Virus record (IMG/VR): IMGVR_UViG_3300010389_000012
Span: 2,496 to 66,495 of that record
Length of the DNA: 64,000 nucleotides
Source of the DNA: a virus
Strand: one strand, 5' to 3'
Position numbers and translations under genes: made by a program. Below the pieces are notes generated by a model. The model saw only the letters and a list, made by a program, of their open reading frames with translations, had not been told where the DNA came from and ran no database searches. Positions 9,940 to 20,103 of the stretch are shown one piece after another. The first letter of the stretch is position 1. Each line of letters opens with the position of its first letter.

Positions 9940-11378
9940 CTCGACAAGTTTGCTCCAGGAAATCCGCCAAAAGGAAGATCGTCTCCTTCAAAACGAAGCT
10001 TGCAGCTTGACAATTGCTTTCCGCAAATGTCCCTGCTGTACAAGGAACTGTTTGCGTCGAGAGCGGCTGCTGCCGCTTGTGCTGCATCCCTTGCTGCAAT
10101 AAATGCTGCTGACTTGGCGTCTTTCACTATTTGCGCTGCGTCGAATTCAGCAGTAGCTGTCGCACAAGCAGAAGCATCAAGGCGATCCACTTGATAAACA
10201 GGGTGAATCTCTGTAGTGGTTTGTGCCCCTAAACGGTATTCTCCATTAGTGGTGAGCGTCACTTCTTGCCCCTCCCAGATAGCGAAAAATTCAAATCCGT
10301 AACTACTTTGCTCATTTGGATTTAAAGCAAATGTCGCACTAGCCTTACTACTCACGTCTACTTTTTCATCGAGCTGGGTGTAAAGCCCTGGAAGATATTC
10401 TTCCCACTTCTGCACAGCATAAAGTGGCCCTGTACCGTAATTGTCGTAAGGCGTGGTCATTCTTTTGCTGTCTTGTCTGTAGCCAGTACCGTCTTGACTT
10501 GTAACGATATTGCCTTCCCAGACAATCATGATAGTTTCATTACCTTCTGTTCCGTTGGTGTAATTAGGAATAGCAAAATACATCTTGTCCCTATTGCTCT
10601 CCACAAAACCACCCTGCGTTTCAACAGAAGCTGCATCTACTGAACAAGCGTTGTCTTTTGCTGCTGTCTTAACTGCCAAGTCGGCCTTTGCTTCATTCAA
10701 TTCTTTTAATGCTTTCCGGCGAACCTTGCGTGCAGCGTTATAAGCATCATCAGCAGCATCATATGTATCCTCAAGATCTCTATTAAAAGCGTCAGCCACG
10801 GGAGGCCCGCTATACCCACACTCTGCGCCCCTGTATTTCCAAACACAATAATTTTGCGTAATAACCCTCTTTGGAAGCTGTAAGCCTTCTAAGTCGAGAG
10901 GACTGGCAAGCTGGAACGTGATAGACACGTTATCTTCACGAATCTTCCTCTCGATATAGAAAATATCACTGGGAAAGTAACTGTTGAGGTTTTCAGAAGA
11001 CTGACCAACTAAATGCTTGAATAACGTTCTTCTGCGCACAATCCTTGCGCCAATCAAGTCATCTAAATCTTCAACCAGCTCAGACCATGCTCCAAAGATG
11101 TTGGATACTGTTAGTTCTGGAGTGGGGATTTGCCCTTTCGTCGTGCGTTCAAAATTAGTTGCAGCAATGGGAAGAGGTTCATATGTGACGGTAGACGTGC
11201 TGCTTACATCGTCATTAACTCGCCACGCAATCTTGCTGCCATCCGGCAACACTTGATTAGTGAAGTAGTAGCGCTCTTGGCTTGCAGTGTCTACAGCCTC
11301 AAGATCCCTTAGATCAAGCTCAAAGAGTTCTACAACGCCGTCGTAATAACCAAGTTTTACATCATCTTCAAGGGCCAT
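9936..11378 (-). CDS. Minor tail protein L with large internal insertion
   Basis: LASPLDLEGLQLPKR, CVWKYRGAECGY, DICGKQLSSCKLRF, LPFGGFPG. Confidence 0.9.
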   Translation of the reverse strand: MALEDDVKLGYYDGVVELFELDLRDLEAVDTASQERYYFTNQVLPDGSKIAWRVNDDVSSTSTVTYEPLPIAATNFERTTKGQIPTPELTVSNIFGAWSELVEDLDDLIGARIVRRRTLFKHLVGQSSENLNSYFPSDIFYIERKIREDNVSITFQLASPLDLEGLQLPKRVITQNYCVWKYRGAECGYSGPPVADAFNRDLEDTYDAADDAYNAARKVRRKALKELNEAKADLAVKTAAKDNACSVDAASVETQGGFVESNRDKMYFAIPNYTNGTEGNETIMIVWEGNIVTSQDGTGYRQDSKRMTTPYDNYGTGPLYAVQKWEEYLPGLYTQLDEKVDVSSKASATFALNPNEQSSYGFEFFAIWEGQEVTLTTNGEYRLGAQTTTEIHPVYQVDRLDASACATATAEFDAAQIVKDAKSAAFIAARDAAQAAAAALDANSSLYSRDICGKQLSSCKLRFEGDDLPFGGFPGANLSR

Positions 11379-11384
11379 TAGTGA

Positions 11385-11762
11385 TCAGCTCCGAGAATCG
11401 TAAATACGTCGCACCGTAAAAGAAATCCTATTGCTATCTGGGCCAAGACTCTCCCACGTCCATTCGTTTGGCTCTAGTCGATATTTATAAAGATCGTCAT
11501 CTAAAGGAAACTGTGCATAAAAGAAATCGCCACTCAAATCATTGAAGAAGTCGTCATAAGACGTAGCCTCTGCGTCGGTAATCGGCTTTGTCTTTAATGA
11601 ATAGGTGCGCATGTCCGACTGAATACCGTCAGGCGTCACTTGCTCATACCCATTGCCCAGCACAAAGCGGCGAACACGCCGCATGCGACGCACTGCAGTG
11701 CCATATTCAAAAATATCTTTGGAATCGGTGCCAGTCGCACTAAATAATGTTGGCTGTGGCAT
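11385..11762 (-). CDS. Minor tail protein M (distal tail)
   Basis: GNGYEQ...DGI motif; directly after tape measure. Confidence 0.8.
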   Translation of the reverse strand: MPQPTLFSATGTDSKDIFEYGTAVRRMRRVRRFVLGNGYEQVTPDGIQSDMRTYSLKTKPITDAEATSYDDFFNDLSGDFFYAQFPLDDDLYKYRLEPNEWTWESLGPDSNRISFTVRRIYDSRS

Positions 11763-11766
11763 CTAC

Positions 11767-14700
11767 CTATCTCCGAGAGGCGATCATGCCGCCAGGGCGC
11801 ATTTCCCGCATGATAACGTCTTTAACTGCACCCTCAATGCCTTTCGCCAGTTGATTTCCTTGTGCTCCTTTGGTTGTGGAATCAGAGCTGCCATCGTTAT
11901 TGATGTTGACCACAACGCTGCTATTAACACCGCCGCCGGCTCCTTTGCCCATTTCCACGGGAATCTTCTTGCCATCAGGCAGAGGAACCACTGCTTCGTT
12001 GTAACGACCTTCGCCAACAAGACCAAGCGTGGGGCCTTTGACAATGCCACCATTAGCAAATGGAGTGAAGCCGCCCTGCCACACGGCGCCATTGGCTGCT
12101 GTTTGACCAATGATTCTCGCTAGAGGGCTGCCACCGCCTGAAGTTGCCCCAGCCCCTGGCATCAAGGCGTTCATAAATTGCATCATTGCCCACTTAGCCA
12201 GCATCTGAGCAACCATGTCCGCAAACATCTTGGAGATATTGCTGAACAGATTGCCCATGGCATCCCTAAAGGAAGACGCTCCCGTGATAATGCTGCTAAA
12301 TGCTCCGCTCAAATGCCCCTCAATCCCTGAAGCGGCTTGTACTGCCATGCCCTCAACATCTTTCAAATCATCTCTGGCGCTGTTGACGTAATCCCTAATG
12401 CTGCCAGCAGGAGCGAATCCTTCCTTCTCCTTCCCTTGGAACCGATCAAAAGCTGCGATTTGCTCTTCAGTTGGACTCAACTTCAAGAACTCTCTGCGAG
12501 CCTCGACTTGACCTTGTAAGAACTGCTCCGTTTCAGCCTCTCTTGCTGACATTTCGCCGGAAGCAACTTTCGCCTCCAGAAGAGTGTTTTTAATTTGCTT
12601 GCGACGTTCTGCATCCTCAACAAGACCCCTTCCAAGCTCCTTACTTCTTTCAATAGCAAATGTCGCCTCGTCAATAGCAAGCCGATTTGCAGCCTGCTCC
12701 AAAGCCACCTTCCTTTCAGTGGTGAGCATGTCACGCTCATTGATATTTGCCACATCCAAGGCGTACTGAGCACGCATGAGCGTCAGCTCATTGCCAGTGT
12801 TGTCCTGACGAGCAATAGCCAGCTTGATGCGCATCACTTCACGCTCAGCCGCTGCCACACTCATGGCCATGTCCTTGCGCTTATTGCCAGCAGCACCACC
12901 GCCAGTGGTCTTCGGCACTGGAGTGGTGCTCAGGCCGGCGCCTTTGTCGCCGAATGTATAGCCCTTGCCGCCCTTGACGGATCCCGTGGTGCGATCAACG
13001 GTCTGCTGAGTCTTATCCGCCTCTGCTCCTTCTGCCGTAGTAATCAATCCTGCCTGCCTGGTCTCCAGTCGCTTAAGGGCAAGCTCCTTAGCTTTCTTGT
13101 CACGACCTCCTGAAGCCTGCTCTGCAGCAAGCTTTGCCTGCGCAATCTGCGGCTCCATTGCAGCAGCTTGTGCTCGATATTCAGCGCCGCTCTTGAGGCC
13201 GAGAAGCTCGCGCATCATGTCGATTACAGGAGCTATATATCCTGCAATCTTGACCATCAAGTCGGCGTAAAATCTGCCGAAGTCGGTAAGGCGACGGATG
13301 ACAATTTGAAGATCACGAACAAACGTATCAATGCCTTCTTTGTTGTTCTTAACAAAGTCACTCAGGCCGCCCATCATGTCGGCAAACACCTGCTGGACTT
13401 CCGAGCCCAATGGTCCAAATGCTTCGCCTACATCACGATTGAGCTGGTCCATCGCGATGGCAGCACGACGACCTGCGTATTCCGGCGCAGTCGCCATCTT
13501 GTCAGCGAACTCTTCGTAATCCTCAAAGTTCTGCTTCGCAAATTTGACAAATTGCTCGACGCCAACTTCACCCTTCTGCAACGCCTTCTGCAGTTGCTCC
13601 ATGCTCATCTTGTTCGCCTTAGCGAACTTGACCACGGCACCTGGGAAACGCTCGCCGAGCTGGCCTCTCAGCTCTTCGGCCTGCACAGTGCCCTTGGAGA
13701 AGATTTGAACGACAGCCCGCATTGCGCCGTCAATATCTTCCATTGACCCGCCAGTCGCAGCAACTGCCAGGGCCGTACCTTCCAGAATCTCCTGCGTATC
13801 CTTCGCAGACATTCCGAACTGCTTAGTGTTAACGCGAAGCTGAGCAAAATGCTTATAAGTCTTCTCAAGCGGCATCAACAATCGCTTGCTGCTTTCCTCG
13901 ACAAGCGCATTGGAGGCAGCAAAATCAGCAGCATCAACAGAAGCCATGGCCAAGCCACGCTTCATCCGCTCAACAGCGTTATAAGCCTCGACAGACTTTG
14001 CGGCCATAGCACCAAGCTGGTCCACGGAGCTGCCAATTGCGCCGCCAATAACCATCCCGGGAGTCCCGCCAAGCAGTCCGCCAATAGCAGTGCCGGTGAT
14101 TCCTCCAGCACCGCCGCCTGCGAGCGCTGCAATGCCTGCCCCCGCAGCTCCTCTAGTCAGCGCCCTTCCAGCACCTTTGGCCATGCCCATGGCTCTTCCA
14201 GTGCGAGGAATGCGCTTCTTCTCCATGCGCGCCATTGCCTCTTCAGACTGACGCAAATTCCGTTGGAGACGCTTCCAAGCTTCCGTATCAGGCTTGATAC
14301 GAGCCGCCTTATCTTTCAGCGTATCAATCTTGATTTCCAGTGCTCGCATTGAGCCTGGATCAATCAAAGGCCCGCTACGACGAGCACCTACAAAAGCTCT
14401 GTTCGCAGGGCTTCCGGCTTGTCCAACTGTCCCGCGAATAGGACTTGCTACATCAGGAATGGCGCCCTTGGCGCCCATTCCCATGCGGAAATTAGCAATC
14501 GCCCGCTGTTGTGCTTCTCCAGCCTTTTTATAAGCACGCGCAAGACCCTCGACGCTTTTCTGCGTCTCGTACATCTCACGACGCTGGTTTTTAACAGCGT
14601 TCGTGACTGATTTAAGGTCTTTCTCAAAGCTATACAGCTTCTCGCCAGCCTTGATAAAGTCTTTTGTTCCTTCTTCTGCGTCGTGAAACCTTTTCCGCAG

Positions 14701-14787
14701 CTCAGCTACTTCTTTCTTGAGCTGCGCAATAGTCTTACCGGCATTTCCGGTAACTTCAAACTTAATCCGCATTCCTGCATCAGCCAT
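11767..14787 (-). CDS. Tail tape measure protein
   Basis: 1006 aa; QIFSKGTVQAEELRGQLGERFPG tape-measure domain; C-terminal FANGGIV...GEGRYNEAVVPL. Confidence 0.95.
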   Translation of the reverse strand: MADAGMRIKFEVTGNAGKTIAQLKKEVAELRKRFHDAEEGTKDFIKAGEKLYSFEKDLKSVTNAVKNQRREMYETQKSVEGLARAYKKAGEAQQRAIANFRMGMGAKGAIPDVASPIRGTVGQAGSPANRAFVGARRSGPLIDPGSMRALEIKIDTLKDKAARIKPDTEAWKRLQRNLRQSEEAMARMEKKRIPRTGRAMGMAKGAGRALTRGAAGAGIAALAGGGAGGITGTAIGGLLGGTPGMVIGGAIGSSVDQLGAMAAKSVEAYNAVERMKRGLAMASVDAADFAASNALVEESSKRLLMPLEKTYKHFAQLRVNTKQFGMSAKDTQEILEGTALAVAATGGSMEDIDGAMRAVVQIFSKGTVQAEELRGQLGERFPGAVVKFAKANKMSMEQLQKALQKGEVGVEQFVKFAKQNFEDYEEFADKMATAPEYAGRRAAIAMDQLNRDVGEAFGPLGSEVQQVFADMMGGLSDFVKNNKEGIDTFVRDLQIVIRRLTDFGRFYADLMVKIAGYIAPVIDMMRELLGLKSGAEYRAQAAAMEPQIAQAKLAAEQASGGRDKKAKELALKRLETRQAGLITTAEGAEADKTQQTVDRTTGSVKGGKGYTFGDKGAGLSTTPVPKTTGGGAAGNKRKDMAMSVAAAEREVMRIKLAIARQDNTGNELTLMRAQYALDVANINERDMLTTERKVALEQAANRLAIDEATFAIERSKELGRGLVEDAERRKQIKNTLLEAKVASGEMSAREAETEQFLQGQVEARREFLKLSPTEEQIAAFDRFQGKEKEGFAPAGSIRDYVNSARDDLKDVEGMAVQAASGIEGHLSGAFSSIITGASSFRDAMGNLFSNISKMFADMVAQMLAKWAMMQFMNALMPGAGATSGGGSPLARIIGQTAANGAVWQGGFTPFANGGIVKGPTLGLVGEGRYNEAVVPLPDGKKIPVEMGKGAGGGVNSSVVVNINNDGSSDSTTKGAQGNQLAKGIEGAVKDVIMREMRPGGMIASRR

Positions 14788-14790
14788 TCC

Positions 14791-15219
14791 TTACCTCAAC
14801 TCCTTGGCTAACAGGGCGGATAGAACAGATTCAAGTTCTCTAATCGTAGCTTCAGTCCATGGGCGAGCAGGTACACTCTTGCCTCTCTGGCCGTTGCGAG
14901 ATTTAGGTGTGTAGCCGTCATGCACATAGGCGGCATACACTTCTCCTCGACCACCAGTCCATTCAAAGACTGTGTAGTTAATCCCGTTTTCACGACGCTG
15001 GCTTTTCTTTAAGTTGCCAAGGTCAACGAGATCACGCGCCTCACCCGGCGAAATGATTTGACCATTTCGCCTTATCGTCAATGTGTCCAAATTCCACATT
15101 TGACGGTCGAACTGTTCCTGAAAATCGTTTTCGGCCCAGTCCATAGCTTGCTTAAACACCCGTGCCGGCATTTCTTCAAGCTCTATAAGTTTGCGCGTTA
15201 AATTGTCCTGGATTGGCAC
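14791..15219 (-). CDS. HK97 gp10-like tail completion protein
   Basis: DLGNLKKS...YAAYVHDG...PARPW motif. Confidence 0.7.
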   Translation of the reverse strand: MPIQDNLTRKLIELEEMPARVFKQAMDWAENDFQEQFDRQMWNLDTLTIRRNGQIISPGEARDLVDLGNLKKSQRRENGINYTVFEWTGGRGEVYAAYVHDGYTPKSRNGQRGKSVPARPWTEATIRELESVLSALLAKELR

Positions 15220-15267
15220 GGCAGCAAGACAATTTGTTGCTTTTAATCTAGCAACAATGGCAGCATT

Positions 15268-15690
15268 CTAACTCTTAAGTTCTGCTGCTAACAATGCAAC
15301 AACCGTTGGAGGAAGTTTCTGAGTGCGTAATGCCCAGCGAACCACCTCTTCCGTTTCCGATGTAATCGACGTGGCAGGACGTGGTGTTTCAAACGGTAGA
15401 AAGTCTGCAATCTTCGCCTTATTGCTGGCCCCACCTCCCAGCGCACTTAGTACAACCATGCCAAGCTTTGCAGTGGCGACGCTATGGGAGTTGATGATTT
15501 GCTGCTGTTCTTGATCTGCTGTTTTGATCAACTTTTTCAACAGCACAATCGGCACCTTCCCAAACCGCTCCGCATGAAACATCGGATCGGACAATGAGAG
15601 GGTGGCTACGCGGCAATAAACTTGATACCAGTCTGTGACGCTGTTGATTGCGTCGTCACAGGTGGCTTGCAGCCGCTCTAGGAAGCTTTC
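15268..15690 (-). CDS. Tail assembly chaperone T part (reached by -1 frameshift)
   Basis: The -1 frame is open from slippery site C CCA AAG (15690-15696) into ORF 15268-15594. Confidence 0.8.
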   Translation of the reverse strand, partial: ESFLERLQATCDDAINSVTDWYQVYCRVATLSLSDPMFHAERFGKVPIVLLKKLIKTADQEQQQIINSHSVATAKLGMVVLSALGGGASNKAKIADFLPFETPRPATSITSETEEVVRWALRTQKLPPTVVALLAAELKS

Positions 15691-16199
15691 TTTGGGGCCT
15701 CAGCATCTTCCTCCACCGGCTCCAGAGGCTCGTCTTCAGAAGACATAAACTCCTCAATTAAAGCAAGCATCGCTTTGGGAAGCATGCGCGTGTCTTCATC
15801 GCTCCATTCATCAGTGGGCTCCCATTTCTTGTCCACCTTCACCTGACCGCGATTGCGGAAGAACAGTGTCACCAGCTCCTCAAACTGCTCTCTTCCAGAA
15901 GGCATCAACGCCATTAGCTCGTCAATCTCAGTTGCATACTGCTCAAAGATTTCGGAACGAGTTTCATTGGCGTGTTGGAGCACGTCAAAGGCTTCCTCTT
16001 CGGAAATGTCTTGCTCTTTCGCGATTTTCCGTGCCAAATCCACCGCTTTTAAGCTGAACGATGCTCGTTGACGAGCTTGTTCTTCTTTGGTCCAACCTTC
16101 CTCTGCAAGCCAGCTTCCAAACTTGCGCAAGCGCAGTTTGTCGCCGATCATCATGTAATCGGCCTTGCCGAGGAGGAAAAACTCCGAATACTTACTCAT
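15678..16199 (-). CDS. Tail assembly chaperone G
   Basis: 173 aa acidic ORF ending GCC CCA AAG AAA GCT TCC TAG. Confidence 0.75.
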   Translation of the reverse strand: MSKYSEFFLLGKADYMMIGDKLRLRKFGSWLAEEGWTKEEQARQRASFSLKAVDLARKIAKEQDISEEEAFDVLQHANETRSEIFEQYATEIDELMALMPSGREQFEELVTLFFRNRGQVKVDKKWEPTDEWSDEDTRMLPKAMLALIEEFMSSEDEPLEPVEEDAEAPKKAS

Positions 16200-16208
16200 C
16201 TTGCCTAA

Positions 16209-16427
16209 TTAGAGCAGAGAAAGTCTAGCATTGGGCATTCGTGCGGAAGTAGTGGCGTCCACTACTTTCGACGGCAAACATGCAACCAACTGCTGTTTAT
16301 TCAGAGTGAATGTTACTTCAGGCTTGCATCCTGGAAGAAAGCAAGCAAGGCCAGCCTTCAGAAATGGGCGATCAGTCTTTGCATTGAACAGCCAAACCTT
16401 CTCGCAGTCGCTAATCAGCAGCTTCAT
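16209..16427 (-). CDS. Hypothetical protein
   Basis: 72 aa ORF with ATGA overlap to the upstream gene. Confidence 0.55.
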   Translation of the reverse strand: MKLLISDCEKVWLFNAKTDRPFLKAGLACFLPGCKPEVTFTLNKQQLVACLPSKVVDATTSARMPNARLSLL

Positions 16428-16816
16428 CCAACGTAGAAAATGTCGGCATCAGGAATGAGCACTCGACATTGTCCGTATACAGTATCGCTTTCAGCTCTAA
16501 AGATGTATTCAGCATCAGGGAAGCGCTTCTTAAGCTTCTGGATGCCCTCTCTGAGGCTCGTAGAGGCCGGTTGATAGTCAGTCATGATCACCGTCCAGAT
16601 CTGTCGGTCAAGCCCCGTACCGACGCATGCACGAGGGTTTGGCGTGGGGAATTCTTGGATGACGATTTCCAGCCCCTGCACTTTCCAATCCTTGGGCACG
16701 CCATATTGGCCGTCCACATAAAACGCTGGGAGCGTAGTGTTGTTTGGAAGCGTATAAGTGCCGACCACGCTGGTCAAAACAGCTTCTACTTCCTCTCGCA
16801 GTTGCTTGACGTTCAT
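16424..16816 (-). CDS. Putative tail terminator/completion protein
   Basis: 130 aa; size and position next to the major tail gene. Confidence 0.5.
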   Translation of the reverse strand: MNVKQLREEVEAVLTSVVGTYTLPNNTTLPAFYVDGQYGVPKDWKVQGLEIVIQEFPTPNPRACVGTGLDRQIWTVIMTDYQPASTSLREGIQKLKKRFPDAEYIFRAESDTVYGQCRVLIPDADIFYVG

Positions 16817-16821
16817 AACAA

Positions 16822-16849
16822 TAAAATAGCCCCCTTGCGGGGGCTAAAA
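16822..16849 (-). terminator. Rho-independent terminator after major tail gene
   Basis: Minus strand TAGCCCC-GCAAG-GGGGCTA followed by a T tract. Confidence 0.7.
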
Positions 16850-16872
16850 CGAAACAACGATGTATTCGTCGA

Positions 16873-17445
16873 TCAGGAGTTAGGGTCGGTCGGGATCTTA
16901 GAAGTGCCGGAGATCGTGATAGCGCCAGCACCAACAGTGCCACGGCTCATCAGATCAAAAGTCACTTCAACAAGGTTGTCAGCCGGATAGCTCTCGCTGT
17001 AGTTCATCACACGAGCGGAGAACATGGTGGCGTCATAATTGAAGCTACCACCGATCAGCTTGTACACCTCAACGAACACTTCAGCATCCTTGTCATTACG
17101 AGAAAGCAGAATGGTGTTCAAAGCTTCGTCAACACCAGCCGCTTGAACATCGGTGCCGTCGAGGTCTTTTTGGAAATAGGTGGTGATGGAAGCTTGAGCG
17201 CGAGTGGTGGTCACCACGCTGTCAGCAAAACCACCATTGCCCAGCAGGTAGTATTCCTGCTCAGCGTCGTTGATAGCAACGGAAGCGTTGGTTACACCCG
17301 CCAGATAATGCATGGTGGGAGCACCAGAAACCGTCACGCCAGTGGAAGTGGTGGTGATGGTCGGACGAGATGCGCCGGACACAGCACCGACATAAACGAT
17401 GGTGTCCTGACTCTTAATAATCTGAGTGGGATGTTGAATGGCCAT
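16873..17445 (-). CDS. Major tail tube protein
   Basis: 190 aa; NYSESYPADNLVEVTFDL tail-tube-like C-terminus; followed by terminator. Confidence 0.75.
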   Translation of the reverse strand: MAIQHPTQIIKSQDTIVYVGAVSGASRPTITTTSTGVTVSGAPTMHYLAGVTNASVAINDAEQEYYLLGNGGFADSVVTTTRAQASITTYFQKDLDGTDVQAAGVDEALNTILLSRNDKDAEVFVEVYKLIGGSFNYDATMFSARVMNYSESYPADNLVEVTFDLMSRGTVGAGAITISGTSKIPTDPNS

Positions 17446-17469
17446 TGAAACAATGCGAAGGAGCGTGGA

Positions 17470-17862
17470 TTAACGGTTCAGAACACTTCCTGATCCCACA
17501 ACTCTAAAGTAGCCGTGAATCGGAGTGCCCAAGAATTGCCGATAATGATCAGTCATCTCGGTTGTAGGGAGTAGCTCAAAACGCCCCTCCTGATTTTCAA
17601 TTGTTGCTTCTGCAACACTGCCAGGAGGCACTCCCGAAAATGCAAGTGGACTGACGAGGCGCCCCTTCATGTAAATGGCACTCTCGTCAACACCAATCCG
17701 CTGATCGTACTGAGGATCCCTGCTTTGCTTCAATGTGGCGTAATACGTCGCATCTTGATCGATTTGAACGTAATTGCCAGTTGTTGAATCAACCGCATAT
17801 CCGCTGGCCGTTGCAAACGCCAGCGTTGCATTAGCAATAGGCGGAATGGGGTTGGTCATCAA
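17470..17862 (-). CDS. Head-tail joining/closure protein (putative)
   Basis: 130 aa; synteny. Confidence 0.55.
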   Translation of the reverse strand: MMTNPIPPIANATLAFATASGYAVDSTTGNYVQIDQDATYYATLKQSRDPQYDQRIGVDESAIYMKGRLVSPLAFSGVPPGSVAEATIENQEGRFELLPTTEMTDHYRQFLGTPIHGYFRVVGSGSVLNR

Positions 17863-18173
17863 ACAACAAAGCCAATCATTGAAGCGTTAGAGGCCGTTTC
17901 AGAGAGACGCTTGAACTCTTGCCCATACAATGTGGCGTCGAGTCCTTCGCCATAAACCTTGCCTTCCGTTGCCCCAATTTGAATGCCCATTTGTGTGAGC
18001 TGAATTGCGACAATATGGGCGGCAAGAAAGCGTACCGCCCGGTCAGCTTGGTCGCCAAAGATGTCCGAAGACACATCGGCAGAGGCACTCTCGATGGCCC
18101 CATTAACAATCCCCGAAGGATGGGGACTGAATTCAGGGAACCGCTCCAGAAATCCCGAATAAGTGACGGTCAT
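17859..18173 (-). CDS. Head-tail connector, DUF4054-like
   Basis: FLERFPEF...LAAH...TLYGQEF motif. Confidence 0.85.
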   Translation of the reverse strand: MTVTYSGFLERFPEFSPHPSGIVNGAIESASADVSSDIFGDQADRAVRFLAAHIVAIQLTQMGIQIGATEGKVYGEGLDATLYGQEFKRLSETASNASMIGFVV

Positions 18174-18556
18174 GCTTTACCAGTCTTGATAGCTTCAAGG
18201 CGGCGAGAAATCGCATTACGAACTCTCACTCGACCCTCAATTTTCTTCCAGTCAGTGAGCTTCTCCTCATCGTGAAGAAGTTCAATTGCCTGGATAGCTT
18301 GGCTCAATGGGAGTTGAGACAGGCTTTCGATGTTCTGAGGAATGGTCTCTACTTCTACACGCTCCTTCATTTCTTCCAGAGCGCCAATTGTTAGTAGAGC
18401 TTTAACCGTTGGATTTTGCTTTGCAAGATCCCACTGATCGTCAGGAATCTCCTGGTTAAGACCGGGAGTAAGACTAATCAGCCCCTTATCGGTGATAACT
18501 CCGAAGCCAGCTTCACGAGGCGGGTTCTCAAGTTCAGGGCGGTAAGCAACAAGCAT
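18170..18556 (-). CDS. Hypothetical head-associated protein
   Basis: 128 aa directly after the capsid gene. Confidence 0.65.
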   Translation of the reverse strand: MLVAYRPELENPPREAGFGVITDKGLISLTPGLNQEIPDDQWDLAKQNPTVKALLTIGALEEMKERVEVETIPQNIESLSQLPLSQAIQAIELLHDEEKLTDWKKIEGRVRVRNAISRRLEAIKTGKA

Positions 18557-18612
18557 TTGCAGACATAAATCAGCAAGCCAAGCTTAACCGCCCCGTTCTT
18601 AATCAGCAGACC

Positions 18613-19518
18613 TCAAGGAGCCTGCACGTACTTCACAGACTTCGGATAGTACAGAGCGACACCACCCACGCGAGCGTGAGCAGGAACGATGAACTCAAGT
18701 CCACGCTGTTGAGGCGGGAACAGTTCCAAAGGTTGAGGAATGTGCAGTTGAACCTTTCCGGGGTCACGCTTGTAAACCACCAGACGGTTCTTAGCCAGGC
18801 TGCTGTTAGCAGCAGCAAGCTGGTTGATGGGCTCCACGTTGCGGACGAAAGGATTGGTCCGCAGGAAATACTCAAGAACAGTCACATCGGAGCTGTCAGA
18901 GTTACGGGTGGTGGAGACGATGTTGTAATCCTCATAAGACATGAGGATGGTGTCAGGCTGCTCCTTCATGTTGGAGCCACTGATGATTGCGCTGACGCCC
19001 TGGTTCAGGATCTCCAGCATTTCCTGGGCAGTGATACCAACAGTGGAGAACCACTTGTTGGCGCTGATAACGTCAACAGTTGCATTGTTGAAGAAACCAG
19101 CCAGGTTCACAGAGCCTTCGCCGAACATGGCAACACTCTCGACCTTCTCCTCATAGGCACGACGCACTGCAGTGGCGCGACGTTGCTCAAGAGACAGATT
19201 GGCCATCTGAGCTGCACGCAGCTCTTGCACGGTGTAACCAAAGGAACCACCGAAGGAGCGGATGTTGATGCTCTTCTCGGTTTGGCTCACGTCAGCCCGT
19301 GGCAGATCATCAGCAGCATCAGAGATGAGCTTGAAGTCACCAGTTGCATCCATGATGCGGTAGGTGAAAGTCTGCGAACCAGGACCAGCCTCAGCAGTTA
19401 CAGGCAGGATGGTGGGGTATTTGATGTCGGCATATTCGACTTCAAAAACCTGGGGACGGATGTACTCAAGCTGGCGATCAAGGAAGAGGCCAGCATCATC
19501 AAGACGAAATTCGCTCAT
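18613..19518 (-). CDS. Major capsid protein (DUF2184/encapsulin-like HK97 fold)
   Basis: FLDRQLEYI..QVFEVEY, GYTVQEL.AA, GGVALYYP motifs. Confidence 0.92.
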   Translation of the reverse strand: MSEFRLDDAGLFLDRQLEYIRPQVFEVEYADIKYPTILPVTAEAGPGSQTFTYRIMDATGDFKLISDAADDLPRADVSQTEKSINIRSFGGSFGYTVQELRAAQMANLSLEQRRATAVRRAYEEKVESVAMFGEGSVNLAGFFNNATVDVISANKWFSTVGITAQEMLEILNQGVSAIISGSNMKEQPDTILMSYEDYNIVSTTRNSDSSDVTVLEYFLRTNPFVRNVEPINQLAAANSSLAKNRLVVYKRDPGKVQLHIPQPLELFPPQQRGLEFIVPAHARVGGVALYYPKSVKYVQAP

Positions 19519-19530
19519 TAGGGCCTCCTA

Positions 19531-20100
19531 TCAGACGTCAGCGGTGAGAGTGAAGTCAGGGCCATTCAGCTCTAGCAGGGCAATGCCAGCAGCAGAAGTT
19601 TTGGACACCCAACGTGCGCCAGACAAAACAGCAGTCTTGTTAGCAGCAGCAGTAGCGGCGAAGCGACCAGCAAAAGAGCCAGAAGTAACACCAGTGTCAG
19701 CGTCGTGATAAACGCGAACAGCGTCGGTCAGATCGACAGCTTCGACGCAGTAAACAGCCACAACACCCTTAGAAAGAATGTTCATGACTTGCTCGTCCTT
19801 GACACCAGGACGGGTGTTGGCATCGAGAGCGGTCTCATCCACATAGGTGAGAGCGTTCACGCCAACGACAGTGTCAGTGGTAGTAGCAATGGTCTTGGCA
19901 GAGTTGCCAACAGTGCCAGCAGTGTTAACAACAGCCAGACCGCCGAAAGCTTCGACAGCGCCGGTCTCGTTGACAAAGGTGGACACGCTGTTGTCAGCAA
20001 TGTCAGCAAACTGGCCTTCTAGAGCAGCGGTCAGTTCCAGCGCATAGCTGGACTGGACGCCACCTGCAGCACCAGGAGTGGGAGTGAAAGTTACGGCCAT
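19531..20100 (-). CDS. Capsid decoration/cement protein
   Basis: 189 aa Ala/Gly/Thr-rich gene between protease and MCP. Confidence 0.75.
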   Translation of the reverse strand: MAVTFTPTPGAAGGVQSSYALELTAALEGQFADIADNSVSTFVNETGAVEAFGGLAVVNTAGTVGNSAKTIATTTDTVVGVNALTYVDETALDANTRPGVKDEQVMNILSKGVVAVYCVEAVDLTDAVRVYHDADTGVTSGSFAGRFAATAAANKTAVLSGARWVSKTSAAGIALLELNGPDFTLTADV

Positions 20101-20103
20101 GGA

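Noticed and set aside
18676-19521. Long antisense ORFs (also 20488-21111, 47585-48526, 56207-56908, 58232-58858, 38835-39476)
   Set aside because: Shadow frames opposite well-supported genes; explained by codon bias or high GC
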